64,000 nt of DNA. Source: Phoronis australis (taxonomy: Eukaryota; Animalia; Phoronida). Below, one piece after another: positions 38,375-52,366 of this stretch (position 1 is the stretch's first letter; each line of letters opens with the position of its first letter). The notes below the pieces were generated by a model. The model was not told the origin of the DNA and did not search any database. It worked only from the letters and a program-made list of their open reading frames with translations. The stretch is from the NCBI GenBank assembly GCA_002633005.1, contig NMRA01000014.1, positions 459,898 through 523,897 of the forward strand. Reading direction: 5' to 3'. Position numbers and translations under genes: made by a program.

Positions 38375-39151
38375 TTACTATTCATGAAACGGTCTTAAGT
38401 GGTAATTTCTGAGAGATCCTATGGAAAAAAAATACATGACCCGTCACAGAATTGGCTAAATTTTACCACGGTGTTCACATCCACCTCAAACGACACAAAT
38501 CACCATAGTGCACTTGTTGACCTCTCCGTCTATTTTGATGCACCCCTGAAATTTTTACTTAAACGTTAAAAAATCAGCTTGAAATGAACTGTTTTGGTAA
38601 CAACGCTAACCCATGTGAATTAAGGACTGTTCAGGTAAATATAACATTCATCCCCAGTCCAAAAATATAGTTTTTAATGAAATAAAAGCACAACCCTTTG
38701 TAGGGGCACTCATTTTGCCGTACCACCTAATATAGGTACCCAAAATCAAACGAAGTTATAGGTAAGGATATAGCAAACTGTAACAAATATACTCTTGAAA
38801 TTTATAGACAATGAATTAAAATTCCAATAACAAAGCTAAAACGACAGTTTTTGTTGGTTGATTGGCGAGGTTTACAGAACAAATATTTATTGATGTTGTA
38901 TGTTCGTATATTTTGCTTTGTTCAATATCTCATACTGTCACGTGAGTTTTTTCTGTTGTGAAAAGAAGGAAAAAATAGACAAAATACTAGTAATTTTAAT
39001 GTTTGTTACCGTAGTGAAATGAAGCACTTCTTTCGATCAAGCCCAAGAAGGGGGAAGCTATTCCCGACGTACAGCCAGCATCGGAAGTCGGTGCTTATAA
39101 AGAATGGCCAATGTAATTCCCGGGTTTGCTGACTAATTTTGCCGGGAAATC

Positions 39152-39406
39152 CATGCGCGCACCCAGCCTTCAAATGGGGGGGGGGGCTCGAATTCCTGAC
39201 GTTGGGGACCTTTTGCTAACAAAAGAACTGGCGGACTAAAAAAAAAAAGAAAAAAAAAAAAACCCGGGAGCACCACTGTGAAGTGCGCGTTTGCGATTAT
39301 TTAGTGGGCTTTTGTCCAATTTGCTCGGACTTTTTGTCTCTCAGGGATGGACCTTTTGGCCCACTTTGCCAAATGAGCCCCCCGAGCCCCCCTGGGTGCG
39401 CGCATG
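39152..39406. mobile_element. MITE with 5-bp TSD (hAT5-like)
   Basis: Perfect TIR CATGCGCGCACCCAG / CTGGGTGCGCGCATG and perfect TSD AAATC on both sides. Confidence 0.85.
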
Positions 39407-39755
39407 AAATCGCTGGTTTTGTTTGAACAAAAGAAAAAAACTCAAAATGAACCAATGTTATTTGGTTTTATTTGACATCTACAACACTCAACCAAAACTC
39501 AGTGCAACTGGCAACCTGAGATTAACAGCGCTAACTCTCGCGTCTAGTCTCAGTGTCGCAAGCTTCAATAATAGAATGCCCTAGGCAAGTGCAGGAGTTG
39601 GCATTTCAGTGCAAGAATTTTATGAGATAACAAATACAGCCGGTCACTTTTATCTATTTTGCTAGTAAGAATAATATATAATCATATGTGGAGGCGGGTC
39701 TCGGCTTTGTTAATGTCATGCTGTTGCTGTACACAGCCAGTGGTACGAGCCCCAG

Positions 39756-39997
39756 CGCCTGTTCCAAGAAACTGACTTAAGTTTATTTTTACTCAAGTCT
39801 ATGAGTTGTCTTGACTTCAAAACTTTGAAACTTCGTCACCCCGAAAGTTTGTCGATCTTAAGACAAAACTTTAATCAAGAACTAACGTGAACCTTAAGAC
39901 AACTGTCTTGGAAGGGACTCAGACTAATTGGAGTTTCAACTTAAAATTGACTGATAAGATTTTTCTTAGCTAAGTCAGTTTTCTTGGAACGGGCCCC
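39756..39997. mobile_element. PIF/Harbinger-like MITE
   Basis: cag-CGCCTGTTCCAAGAAACTGACTTA / TAAGTCAGTTTTCTTGGAACGGGCCC-ctg, with CWG flanks. Confidence 0.7.
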
Positions 39998-40086
39998 TGA
40001 TATATATCTAGTGACCTTTCACAGTGTCCTCATGTGAGAGAAATTCTTAAAAGCCCCCATTCCATAAACACTCCACAACATTTCAG

Positions 40087-40257
40087 TTAACGGCGGTGAA
40101 AGCGCATGGACGACTTGGACCCGTTGCTCCGTCTCATGCGGCGGCGGAATACACAATAGGTCACGCACGTGCACCAACCCGGTGGCCAGAAACTGGGGCG
40201 CCTACTGTAAAGGACATTTATATGAATCCAACAGGTGCAACACATTCCCTTGCCCAA
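40087..40257 (+). CDS. Thrombospondin type-1 (TSP1) repeat exon
   Basis: tttcag|...|gtaagt. 171-nt phase 1-1 exon VNGGESAWTTWTRCSVSCGGGIHNRSRTCTNPVARNWGAYCKGHLYESNRCNTFPCP. Confidence 0.95.
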
Positions 40258-40974
40258 GTAAGTTTGCTCTGTATAAACCAAAGCAGCCTTTGCGGAACAT
40301 TGCAATTTTCAAACGTCTTTGAAAACTAACTCTAGACGAATCGGTCTAAAACCGCTAAAACGTTGTCTTGTGACTGGTATGACCTCCAATCAGTCTACTG
40401 ACTGCATCCAAAACTTGATTTGTATGTTGAGCAACTCAATGGCACACTACAAGTTTTTTTTTTAATTTGTACTTGAATAATGTGGCAAGAGAGCGCATGC
40501 TAATTCTATGTTTGCTGACAGGAAGCTGTTGTGAAACAATAACTCGACTTTATATCCTATGGTCAGATGTTAGGGGATTCTTTATTTAGATATTCATATA
40601 AGTTATTCGAACCATTGTTAGTGTACAACTTTTGCCCTGACGGTTCTGTCAGTGAAAGGGTAACCTGACTTCGTGGCCCCCGACGAGCTAGTTAGTAGAT
40701 TTGCAGTTTTGCGGCTAATTCACCAAAATAACCACGTGGACATTCTGTTTTTTTTCTCCGGCTCACTAGTATAGTCTTTTCGTGACTGGAAGTTTGGTTT
40801 CTAACATTGGTTGGTTTACATGTATGTTCGTGATGTCTTCAGTCCGGCCGCGATGGGCCCGATCGAGTTCCGAGCCCTTTGCAGCGATAGCAAGCGTTTT
40901 GTGTGTTTAGAATCGCAAGTCTAAAATCACAACACACAGTTATGCTCTCCTGTATCTATTTCACGGACGAATAA

Positions 40975-41366
40975 TTTGAATGTATCACCGAACAGACCCC
41001 AAACTCCTGCGACCTACCTTGGTAAATTGGCTTACTGAACTTTGTAGGCTACGGTACGTTCAAGTACCTAAAATCAGTAACAGCGAAGTAAAACAACACG
41101 TTTCTTCAATATTTCGAAGTATTTGTAAGGGTTTGACATCGAATTTGGATGATTTATTGGGGGGAAATGATGAATTAAAAGCGATAAGCTGACAACGGTA
41201 AGCATGTTGTGAACAGCTGAACAGACTGCATTTGAACCTCTGACGTAATTGGTTAAATTCAATACCTCCGTCTGCCGTCAGGTGTCAGGTAGTAGTTGCT
41301 GTTATTGAGTGGAACTACTCTATCTAAATTGATAGAAACTAGGTTGTTTTTTGGTGGCATTCTCCT
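40975..41366 (+). mobile_element. Truncated inverted copy of the Kolobok-type element
   Basis: Reverse complement of ~534-930, ending GGTGGCATTCTCCT-TTAA. Confidence 0.8.
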
Positions 41367-44052
41367 TTAAGGGTGAGTCCAGGGCGTGGAATCTAATCTC
41401 TGTACTCGAAACGATCTCGAAATTATTTTTGACAATTTCTCTCCTACTTTTGTACAAACTCAAGGTAAGTAGTTATGAGACTGTGCTCGAATACCTTATA
41501 CATGCATGGACTACGTCATGGAATACGGGAAAGTGGGCCCGAAGCGGTATTCCATGGTTGGTATATAGTCTCATGATGAAATATATACATGTATTCACGT
41601 ATCACTACGGCACACTTGATTGCACTTGTTCATTTGAACTACCTTAAACGTTCAGTCAAGACGTACTTCCTGAAAAAGCTGATTCAGTGTTCTAAAATTT
41701 AGAAACCTTCAGCAAAATGTATTACCTATTCCGACTCACGCTGATCAGCCGTTATTTTAAACATAGGTTAGTTGTATACCTAACGACTCCAACAAAATCC
41801 GGCAAAAATCTAATTTCAATCAAGCGGAAATGTTTTGGTATGGATGCTTACCGTATATTAACATTGAGTACTAAGATAACTATAAAATTGCGACCTAATA
41901 TCGAGTAAGAATGGCACCATCGACTGCGTCTTGCATCCTTCGTAGACGGTCCTTTCGCTTGCTGTAACGTAAATTCGGCTTTTCTCGATACAATCTTTAG
42001 TTCCACTTCTGGGAATCAGCAACCTCACAAAACATAATTCCCAGGGTTATTTTTCTGTGCCACGATTTATGTATATCATTGTTTCCATTCCGGGAGCTAA
42101 AACGAAAGCTAGACACAGGAAACGGAAAAATTCATGGAAGGTAAAACGCCAAATTGCTGGACAACTGTTTAGTTAACATTACGAGTTCTAGTATTTTGCC
42201 TGGATGTATTCTTTCTAAGTTTAGGAAAAACTTAATTTTAATGTTATTAATTGGTTCACTTTTTCAACACGTATGATTTACAAACTGAGCATTCTTATCA
42301 ATTCATTATGAGATGAAACTTTACTAAGTATTCCTAGGCTCGCGCTCGACTTTTTAAGGTACATGCACTAGCCAACATAGCTAAAGCATCTGAAATCTTT
42401 TAGCCATTTTCAAAAAATATTAGCCAAATAATATCCCTTTTGCCAACCCCAGAAATTGATGAAATTATCGCTAGACGGACCGAACGCTACTTTTTATGTT
42501 ATAATGCACAGGTCTTTTTTTAGAATATTCTATAAGAACAGACGTTTGCTTTAAGGAAAAAACAAACGATCAATATTCCAAGATCATATAGCAACCTAAT
42601 AAGTTGGAGGACACGTCAACCAACTTGGGTTTTATAATGACCTAAAAAGTTTGGGCGAGTTCTCCCTATCCCCAGATACGACAGGGGTACGCCGGGGGTA
42701 CGCTGGGGCCATGGGTATTTCATTGATATTGACCTAAAAATGGACATTTGATTGATGTTGACCAAAAACAATTAGGCAAGGATTCCCCCTATTCCGGGTT
42801 AGTTCGAGGGTACGATGGCCACGTGGGCATTTTGATGAGCAAGACGTTTAGGTCCTAAAACGTTAAAATAATGTCTACCTTCCTTTCTTTGGGTCGCCAC
42901 CGACATGCAAACGCGTTATAGCATCTCACTAATTTTTTACACTTAAGACATTGAGCAGGCTAACTAGGTATGGCATGTAACGTGATTTTATTTAAAAATA
43001 TATAACAAGCTCGTTCGTCACCGGAGTCGTCCTCAACTTCTACTCTTTGAAAAGAAAACCTGCAAGGTTCAAGTCTCGAATAACATAAGGCACGACAAAT
43101 TATGCGATGAAAATAGGTAATGTTAGTAATGAATTAGGAGAGATCATGTAGTATGAAAATTATGAATTCAAACATTGAGTTTAAGTTACATGGCGTTTGA
43201 GTCAGCTCATCTCAGTTCAGTTTTCCCCCAAAGAAATTTAATACCATCAGATTAGCTCACACCACGTCGCGAATGTAAAAAAATATTGAGAGACTGGATC
43301 GCGTTTGTCGCCCAAATGGTCTTCTATTGAATTTTGTCATTTTGCTGTTGTCACTTGCAGACGGCACGCAGCAGCACCTACACGAAAAATCGCCATTGCC
43401 AGGAGCGCTTAGCCCCTCCTACACATTTAAATATTTCGTTGCGGTGAAAGAGTGACTGTGAGTCGACACGGCAGTAGGTTTCCCGAAATATTTTTATATA
43501 GTCAAGTTGCGAAAACATTAGCCAAGTTGGCAAATGGACTAAGCTCCATCATCGCCAGTGCCGCCCAGAATTTGCCAATAACAAGCTGGCGAGCGGCTTG
43601 TGCGAGCCTAGTACGCACAATAATGACTTCGTTGTAGAAAATCTTGTCACTTAACCGACGCTGGAACTAATTCATTCAACGAAAACTAAGTCGGGTTTAT
43701 AAGATTCTGCTTGGATATGGATGAGTCCTCTCTGTTAAATTATCACGATCAAACAGTTATTTTACACTCTTAACAATGAGTATATTGATGGTCTGTACTG
43801 AACGTATTCCAAAGACGTCAGTAATTTGGTTACGATTGCCAGTACGTGTTACGATAAATAGGCTATTAAAAGTAGAGCCCCTCCAACTGGTTCTATCAAT
43901 TTCTATCCACTATAATGAACGTCTGAAAGTTCATCACTATCGAGTTCATTAAACATGGTTACGAAGTTGTCTACATTTTTGATGTCGTTCGCTTACTTCA
44001 ACATAACAGCTCAACCGGTGTAATCGAAAAGTTGAATACGTTTCCATTCAAG

Positions 44053-44316
44053 CGCTAACGTGTACTCCAAATGCTACCCACAACACCACTACAGTTTGTT
44101 TCACACATACGTCGACAGAGATGACTAGCACTACTGCAACGAATGAACCAACAACATCAATCACTCTATTACGGCAGACGACAGAAGATGCCAAAGCCAC
44201 TAGACGGGTATCTTCAGGACACAATAAAATGACAACCTTCATAGACAAACTAGCTACGACCGAAACTTCATCAATAGCTACGACCGAAACTTCATCAATA
44301 GCTACAGCAGTTGGTG
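44053..44316 (+). CDS. Thr/Ser-rich (mucin-like) linker exon; 5' boundary uncertain (44010 or 44053)
   Basis: Open frame LTCTPNATHNTTTVCFTHTSTEMTSTTATNEPTTS...ATTETSSIATTETSSIATAVG with a strong donor G|GTAAGT (phase 1). Contains an internal 24-bp tandem duplication. Confidence 0.65.
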
Positions 44317-44320
44317 GTAA

Positions 44321-44528
44321 GTGTCGACCGTTGATGGCCAGAGTCGACAGGTGATGATAAATGTTCACATTTTGTAGAAAGTGTCGACAATTGATGCAAT
44401 TATCGACAGTCGGTGGCATCTGTCGACAGTTGATGACCAATGACGACAGGTAGTGCCCAGTGTAGACAATTGGGGGCAAGATTCGACAGCTGATGGCAGG
44501 TGTCGACAGTTGATGCTGAGTGTTGACA
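44321..44528. repeat. Degenerate ~19-20-bp minisatellite (TGTCGACAGTTGATG core)
   Basis: About 11 copies of a GTCGACA-centred unit starting right at the exon donor. Confidence 0.75.
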
Positions 44529-44906
44529 AAAAGACTCTGCATCTTGTAGGCGTACGCACTACAGAGTGTGGGACTGTCTATGTGTGCCGCTTTACACAGG
44601 GACACTTCAATGGTTGAGACCATTTACTGTAGCAAACTTGGTAGCAAGTCCTTCTTTGAGATCCTACTCGAGGCAAAAAGTTGTCCGCCTCGGCAATTTA
44701 ACTTGAAGACCTGAATTGCCAATTTATTGAAGCTTTGAAACCTGCTCTAATGTAACTCTTTTTTAAGTTTAAGCAAAGCATCAATTCTAAAAAATATAAT
44801 GCTTTCTGGCCTCATGGGATTACTATATGAAATCACTCTCTAAAGTCTTTATATATTTGTCAAATATCTATTACTTGTAAATCAGACAATGGCTTCCCTA
44901 TTTCAG

Positions 44907-44991
44907 AGCTAACTTTTGAAGGCGACACTGGCGAGCCGGGCTACTTTCGACATCTAACCATAATGGGTGAATTTGTTTTCGTGGGAGCCAA
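44907..44991 (+). CDS. Sema module 2, exon A'
   Basis: tttcag|...|gtaagt. (E)LTFEGDTGEPGYFRHLTIMGEFVFVGAK, paralogous to 4043-4160 (TFKGNLLEPDYF...VFVGGR). Phase 1 to 2. Confidence 0.85.
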
Positions 44992-47199
44992 GTAAGTCGA
45001 TCACTTCAAACAAAATGTCGCCTTCAGTGCAATTAATCTTAAAAGCTGCATATAACGAACAGATGCTGGAATATCAGGATTCATGTCGTCCTGCAGTGAA
45101 GGAGAAAATTTAGACCGGCGTCGTTCCCGTGCCAGTGAGTCTTAGCGTGTTTTTATGACCAGTTTATTTTGCATTATGTCTCGACATTTCGAAACAACAT
45201 TGCGATATTAACCAGTTGCTGGCACAATAGCCAAACTATCGGAGTCTATTTAGTGAGAGTGGAGCGTACATTCTTTGAATGGACACATCCAGTGCGTGAA
45301 CTCTTACTATAGAATTACTTGCTACGACAAATGATCACATCACTTAGTGTAAGTAACGATACGGGTTATAGAGCGGAATCCAAGAGACTTTTGGACATGA
45401 AAAGGTGATCATTGTTTGTTCCACAGTGATCAATGGGTATCCCAATGCTAGGAAATGACCATCTGGTAGTTTCGCTCCGGTGGGTGTTGTCAAGGGACAA
45501 GCTCTTAAAATAGGCCTACATAGTCATATACTAACCTATTCATTGCGTCAACATAATCCACAGCCAGACACTTTCAGTTGTGGTGAACACCCGCCAGACG
45601 TTTTTAACTGAGGTCCAAAATTAAGCTAGATCTAACCAAGAGGTAACCGCGTTAAAGTAGTTACAAATTATTCAAAATAGACCAATGTATTTATGATGAA
45701 CGCTGCCAGACAAATTCAGTGGTGGGTGCCCTTGCCCTATAAAAGTAATGGGGCACCGAAATCGAACTACTACCCAAGAAAATACCGATGAAATTGGTTA
45801 CAAGTTATTCAACACAACCCCATGGATCATTAATGAACGCTGCCAGACAAATCCAGTAGTGGGTTAACCTCACCAGACACTCCCAGACCTCCGAGTTGCT
45901 TGATCAACCTTTCAGGTAACCAATTAAAAATAAGTGCAACATGTTCCACATCACTTCACAGGTAACAACTATTTCATACCAGACGTTTTCAATGATGTAA
46001 TGCTTCTGCCAAACAAAAAAGGTGAAAGCTCGAAAAAACATTCGCTACAAGGCGCGTTCGCAATGAATACATACATCACGAGACTCGCAACGGTGGACCA
46101 CGCACTTCCATTTTTGAAGCTAAAACGGCTGGGCACCACACTATATGTAATAGGTGGGAGATGTTTGTCCACAAAATTTTCGATGTCACTTCATGCAAAC
46201 AAGTTCTGTGGTTGGCGCGTTTTCCCGGGTAAAACCACGCTTTGCATTTTGGGGTTATTATTGGGTGGGGCAGACTTTATGAAGTTATAAGGTTGGAACA
46301 GTCATATGAAACACCAAAATCCGTTTTTGCGATTGAATACGCTTAAATACTATGCCTACATGTATCAGTGAGATTCATGTGTATATCCACCAGAAGACCG
46401 TTAGGGAGTATTTCCTGAGTTGCCAACTTGTGTTACTCTGCGGCCAGTCTCCACTGGATCGGCTCTCTGGAGAGCAAAACCTGAGATTAAACATTATAAC
46501 TTGATGTATGGTATGAATGCAGGGTAACAAAATGGCGTATTTAATGTAATAATGCAAAACATGATCACATCTGTCGCTGAAGGTCCTGGTTGTGCCCTAA
46601 TGGGCTTCGCCACTCTGATGGTTATCAGTGGCTGTGTGGATGTTTATAAGGTAAGCCTATTGAAATATCATTAAATCGAGGAAGCGTCAAAACGTAAGAT
46701 CACGGTTTTGGAATTAGTAAATTGTGCTAGGTGAACGAGTTTTCCAGCTGCGTGAATTGTGATCGAGGTTTTTTAATAAACCACACGATGAAGTCATCAC
46801 GACCCCAACCCCTTCTCCCTGTCATAAATCGTCATCTTTTCTAACCACCTCGAGTGATGACGTATCACGTGAACGTTTCCCAAGCGCAATTCAAGATAGG
46901 TGCAGCATGTTGCTATAATTTGTACGATGTTTTTCATGAACGATGTATAATAAATATACAGTGCACTGCCATAACAGATTTGTATGGTACAAGAGTCCGG
47001 ACATTTTTCTGGAAAATCGTGTATTAGAGTGATTGAGTGTGTTGTGACGCTGCATCGGACAGGTAATCGTTGTAAACGAGTTTGGGTAAATTAAGAGTAG
47101 TGAACCTCTACGATGGTACTCGTGCAGTGTAAGATGTACAATTTAGATGTCTTTGTGTTTTCATTAAGAGGCCAGTATTGTAAGATGAAATATGGCGCG

Positions 47200-49500
47200 A
47201 GTTAAAATCAATAAACAAATGAAAACCCCATCTCCTGATTCTATTTTTTCTCGCATTTGCTCAATAAAACTGCGAAACTATAACAGTATACTTAAACCAG
47301 TTACGAAAGAATTCAAACCATGAAAAACAGTTCAAACAGCACAGAAATGATATACGCTAAACTTGTCGAGTCATCAGAACGTAATTTATAACTTATCCTT
47401 CAAAACTATTCTCCATCAGTTAATTACCTCTACTATATTTGAACACGTTACTGGTAAACAGAACATAGCTGATTAGTTCAACAACTATTTTATTAACATT
47501 GGTAAGAATTTGGTTTCCCAAATACCGATATACAATGAACGTTTCGAAAATTATCTTCACGATGTCCTGACTAGCTTTAAGTTTAAAACCGTTGCTGACG
47601 ACGAAGTACTGAAGGTAATGAAAAATCTAAAATTCAAATCCACTACAGACAGTGATGGCCCATCATGTTCATTGATCAAAAATTATTTAAACTTATTATG
47701 CAAACCAATTTCTATGTTTATAAACCGATCCCTACTCACAGGTATTTTCCCCGATGGTTTGAAAATAACTAATAAAGGTAATCTTTTTTTTAAAGGTAAT
47801 GACACCAACAGTAACTCTCTTATTAACTACAGACCAATATCTATGCTACCTAAAATTTCCAAAGTTTTTAAAAAATGTTCATCATCAAGCCTATTCTTAT
47901 TTTTCTCATAACAATATTCTATATAAGTCCCAGTGTGGTTTCAGACCCAACCAATCCACTGAACTTGAAGCTATTGAATTCGTCCACTCTCTTTACAGAA
48001 ATTTAGACAACGGTTTGAGTTCCATTTTAGTATTTCATGGATCTTTCTAAAGGGTTTGTTATCGTTGATCACGATAATCTCTTAAAAATCAATTATTACG
48101 GGTTCTCTAATAACGAATTTTCTTGGTTTCAAAGTTACCTTAGAAATAGAAATTAGTTCGTTTGCCTTGTAAGTGTCACTTCGTCCCAACTTGACATTTC
48201 TACAGGCGCTCCACAGCGATCTTTTCTATGACCTCTCTTATTTTTAATATATTTAAATGACATCACCTTCTCCAGCAAGGCACAGTTCATTATGTAGTAG
48301 ACGAAACATTCCTGTTAATTCCTTTCCATTTTAACAAAAATCATAGCCTCAGCGATCAAACCATCAGAATTAATAATACCCTACAAGATGTTTTTGATTG
48401 GCTAAATACATGTACCAATAAATTATTGCTCAACACAAGTAAAACTAAATTTATGCTATTTCGATTTCACCCCCCAAGGTGACATCCCTCTAATCAAAAT
48501 CAACAATGAGCTTATTAACAGAGTTGATTTTTTAAAAAGTTTTAGAGATTTTCATAGACAGCCATCTTTCCTGGAACAAGCTTGTTCAGGAAATTTCTAG
48601 TAACAACATTGCCAAAACTGTTGGCGCCCCCTACATACTGAAACACTTTTTTTTCCAAAACACACAATCCTGATGATAAACAATGCTCTTTTACTATCGC
48701 ATCTATATTTTGGTATAGCACTGTGGGGGTTCAATAATTGTACGAGATTGAAACCTCTGCAGAAAAATAAGTTTTGAGAAATGTTACCAATTCTTGGCTT
48801 TTTTCACACCTAGATGCAGTTTGCAGGGAAATCAAAACACTTCTTCTTGACTACTTATTTAACCACGCTTTTCTAAAATACTTAAATTTTCAAACTCATT
48901 TTTTTTACAAAAACATCATCAATTGCCTATTTACTTGTAAGATAACAATTTTTCCAATTACATGCAGTCAACAACCTATCCTAAAACTGCCCTCCTACAA
49001 CAGAAAAGCTATGATAATTCATTAATGTTCAAAATACTGAATCTAATAAACGACTGTATCCTTCCGCGATATGTAACAGACAAAATCGACACGCATAGTT
49101 TACATAGGTTCTCCTTGTATTTGAAAATACATAGTAAGCACTTACAGCTCTCAGTAAAACGTTCTGATTTTTTGCATGTTCTAATTGAAGTAACCGTGAT
49201 AAACTGCCTGACATCTTAGTCATATGCTTTTCTAACCGTGCGGTCTACCTTGTATCAATAGTCTTTGTGTTTATTCTCAGTAAAAGACATTAATTTCCAT
49301 TTTAAATAAACTTGCATTGTACCTTATTTCATTGTTGATGTACTTATTCCTGTTGTTTTTTATATTGTTCTTCTTAATTGTTAATATCTACTTAATTTAT
49401 TTTTACTCTGTTGTAAGCTATTAGCGGCCCTTGCCTTTGCTGGTTACCCAGTCATATAACAATGCATGTTTTATGCGATTAAAAAATAAAGGTTTCTCTG
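47200..49500 (+). mobile_element. Decayed CR1/L2-group LINE ORF2 with 3' UTR
   Basis: FNNYFINIG, INRSLLTGIFPDGLK, NYRPISML, QCGFRPNQST, PLLFLIYLNDI and LNTSKTKFMLF. Ends AATAAA followed by a (TCTCTG)n tail. Confidence 0.85.
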
Positions 49501-50132
49501 TCTCTGTCCCTGTCTCTGTCTCTGTCTCTGTCTCTGCCTCTGTCTCTCTGTCTCTGTCTCTGTCTCTGTNNNNNNNNNNNNNNNNNNNNNNNNNNNNNNN
49601 NNNNNNNNNNNNNNNNNNNNNNNNNNNNNNNNNNNNNNNNNNNNNNNNNNNNNNNNNNNNNNNNNNNNNNNNNNNNNNNNNNNNNNNNNNNNNNNNNNNN
49701 NNNNNNNNNNNNNNNNNNNNNNNNNNNNNNNNNNNNNNNNNNNNNNNNNNNNNNNNNNNNNNNNNNNNNNNNNNNNNNNNNNNNNNNNNNNNNNNNNNNN
49801 NNNNNNNNNNNNNNNNNNNNNNNNNNNNNNNNNNNNNNNNNNNNNNNNNNNNNNNNNNNNNNNNNNNNNNNNNNNNNNNNNNNNNNNNNNNNNNNNNNNN
49901 NNNNNNNNNNNNNNNNNNNNNNNNNNNNNNNNNNNNNNNNNNNNNNNNNNNNNNNNNNNNNNNNNNNNNNNNNNNNNNNNNNNNNNNNNNNNNNNNNNNN
50001 NNNNNNNNNNNNNNNNNNNNNNNNNNNNNNNNNNNNNNNNNNNNNNNNNNNNNNNNNNNNNNNNNNNNNNNNNNNNNNGCTCTCTCTCTCTCTCTCTCCC
50101 TCTCCCTCTCCCTCTCCCTCTCTCTCTATCTC
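49495..50132. repeat. (TCTCTG)n/(TC)n microsatellite spanning an assembly gap
   Basis: Simple repeat on both sides of the N run 49570-50078. Confidence 0.9.
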
Positions 50133-51408
50133 TGGTAACGTAGCGCTGTTTTTTTTGGTAGATTTGTACGTTTTTCGGAACTGCAGTGGGATATAAATCC
50201 CACTACGTGAAATACATGTAGTTTGGGATGCTTTAATAACTCTTGAACGAGCAAGATTCAAAGAATATGTCATGAACTAAAGTAAGACTTAAGTTTTTCA
50301 AAAAGGTTGGTACATTAATGATATTTGGCATTGATAACGCTTTTAAACTATCGTTTCCAATAAATCTAAATGGAGAAACATACAGAAGAAAGTCAAAGTT
50401 TGTTGAAAAACAAAGATTATTACGATAAGCAAATGAATGAAACGAAGGATAGACCAATGAGGTACACCATTCATACACAGTGACACACGTGCATGTACAT
50501 ATTCGCCGGTGCTAAGCGGAGCGATTTTGAAGAAAACTTTAAAATTACGAACGGTTAACGGTTTTTTTGATTTCCGTAAATTGAGTACATGTATGTGCAA
50601 GAGTGTTTCAAGAACTATGACGACAAAAGCTTTGCTCAAGTCGATAAATTAAGGGTGTATAACTGGAGATAGTAATCAAGTCCATCAAATGATTACTCTG
50701 GGACAAGAATTATATCAGTTGATAGAAGATTGTTACGGTCAACGATTCTATTATTTCATACAGTAGGTGAAATGGTTTTTGGTGTATTTTAGGAGCGAAC
50801 TAGTGTGATATTTGAAACGTGAATTGAAGTTAGGCAGGCGAGAGCGAGCTGTAGAATAAGTGGCAGAACCACGTTTATCAAACTGTTAATTCATCTGCAT
50901 TTTAGTTCTGCTGGAGTTATGCATTGTTTCTGCAGTTGATCATTCGATACTCACCAATCGCAATGAGTCATAGAAGCGATTTGATGGTGTCACAGGCCCT
51001 GTGTATGTCCTTGTCTTGGAAAATTTTTTTGTTATATGTGTAAAGATTTTAATTTAGGTTGACGCCGACTGCATGTAGTTACATCAAAAACATTGAATCA
51101 AAATGCACCACAAAAGTATCATATGCTTTGTTTTCTATAAATCTTCCTAGGCTGACGGTCATGGCCTCTCGTGCCAATTTGTGGAGAGGCACAGTAGTCG
51201 ATTTCCTATAGATACTCAAATGTTACTCCGAAAATATGCCAGTTTGATTTAATTGACTTGTACTGTATTATAGCATTCTTGCGAATGTGAATGGAGAACA
51301 TTTTACGGAAGAATCAACAGGTTTAGTCTCGCTCCAGAAATTTTAAAGCAGAACGACGAATTGACGAGCCTGATGACAAACAAGGCTCAGATTGCTTCTT
51401 AATTTTAG

Positions 51409-51454
51409 GAACACTCTTTACGCACTAAGCGTGGGTAATCTGCGCATCAAATAC
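51409..51454 (+). CDS. Sema module 2, exon B' (46 nt)
   Basis: ttttag|...|gtgagt. (K)NTLYALSVGNLRIKY. Phase 2 to 0. Confidence 0.85.
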
Positions 51455-51735
51455 GTGAGTATTGCAACACCGTAATGGGTTTCATAATGATTTAATGTTT
51501 TGATTCACTGCACGCGTTGACCTTTCCTGTCAATTTCTGAACATGCAAACTCGTTTCACTTCTTGAATTCTTTTTGTTAAACTTCATAGCAATGCTTACC
51601 TTTCAAAAGGTATTTGATTATTTAGCGTAGTCACCATGATCCATTCAATGACATCTGAGTGATTCACAGACTATGGATTCGTCTATTCGCCCCGATATTT
51701 CTCTGTTGGTAGTGATATGTTGGTATTTTTGATAG

Positions 51736-51903
51736 AAATATGAGTGGCAAGTTGACAACGGTACTTATCTTAATTGTACCAATGAAGCAGATGAACCTGG
51801 GATCACGTGTCACAATTTCATCCGGGTTGTACAGCGGCGTCAGAATTTCATTATGGTGTGTGGCACACATGCTCAACGACCGAGATGCCGGCTTCTGCAG
51901 TTG
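51736..51903 (+). CDS. Sema module 2, exon C'
   Basis: gatag|...|gtgatt. KYEWQVDNGTYLNCTNEADEPGITCHNFIRVVQRRQNFIMVCGTHAQRPRCRLLQL. Confidence 0.92.
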
Positions 51904-52366
51904 GTGATTAATACAAGTTAAATTCAGAAACGTTGTTACTATTATACTTTGAAACAATCGTCGAATAAAGCATTCGGTATATTTGGAAGATTGCTACGGT
52001 TTTAAATTTGCATTGTCATGACCTACATCCAACCTGCATAAATGCGCGTATTTAAGCACTTGGGACTATGTTTGAAGCTTAGTTGCATACGTCTAGTTGC
52101 AAATCAATGAATTGCATATTATTTTTGAAAAACACTTTATTTTGAATGGAGGCGAATTTTCCCCAAATCACGCATACAATTAACACTGCGCCTAGTAGAG
52201 GAACATACATTCTGTACCTCTTGTGATAAAAAGTAGATGTGCTACCAAACTTCAGGTACTCTACGCTCCAGCTCGACATAGATTGAAGTGCAATAACTAA
52301 AGTTCATTTTAATTAGCTAATTGAGAATCAACTAATTCTATCCAGTTCTTCTGCCACTCGTTTCAG

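Noticed and set aside
4043-40257. Assigning the symbol SEMA5
   Set aside because: Only one TSP1 repeat was found and the Sema domain is divergent; orthology cannot be established by eye.
44048-44623. 191-aa minus-strand ORF with INCRH repeats
   Set aside because: Antisense of the Thr-rich exon plus the minisatellite; no domain signal.
49431-50273. Long ORFs of 235 and 264 aa
   Set aside because: Artefacts of an N gap and (TC)-type microsatellites.
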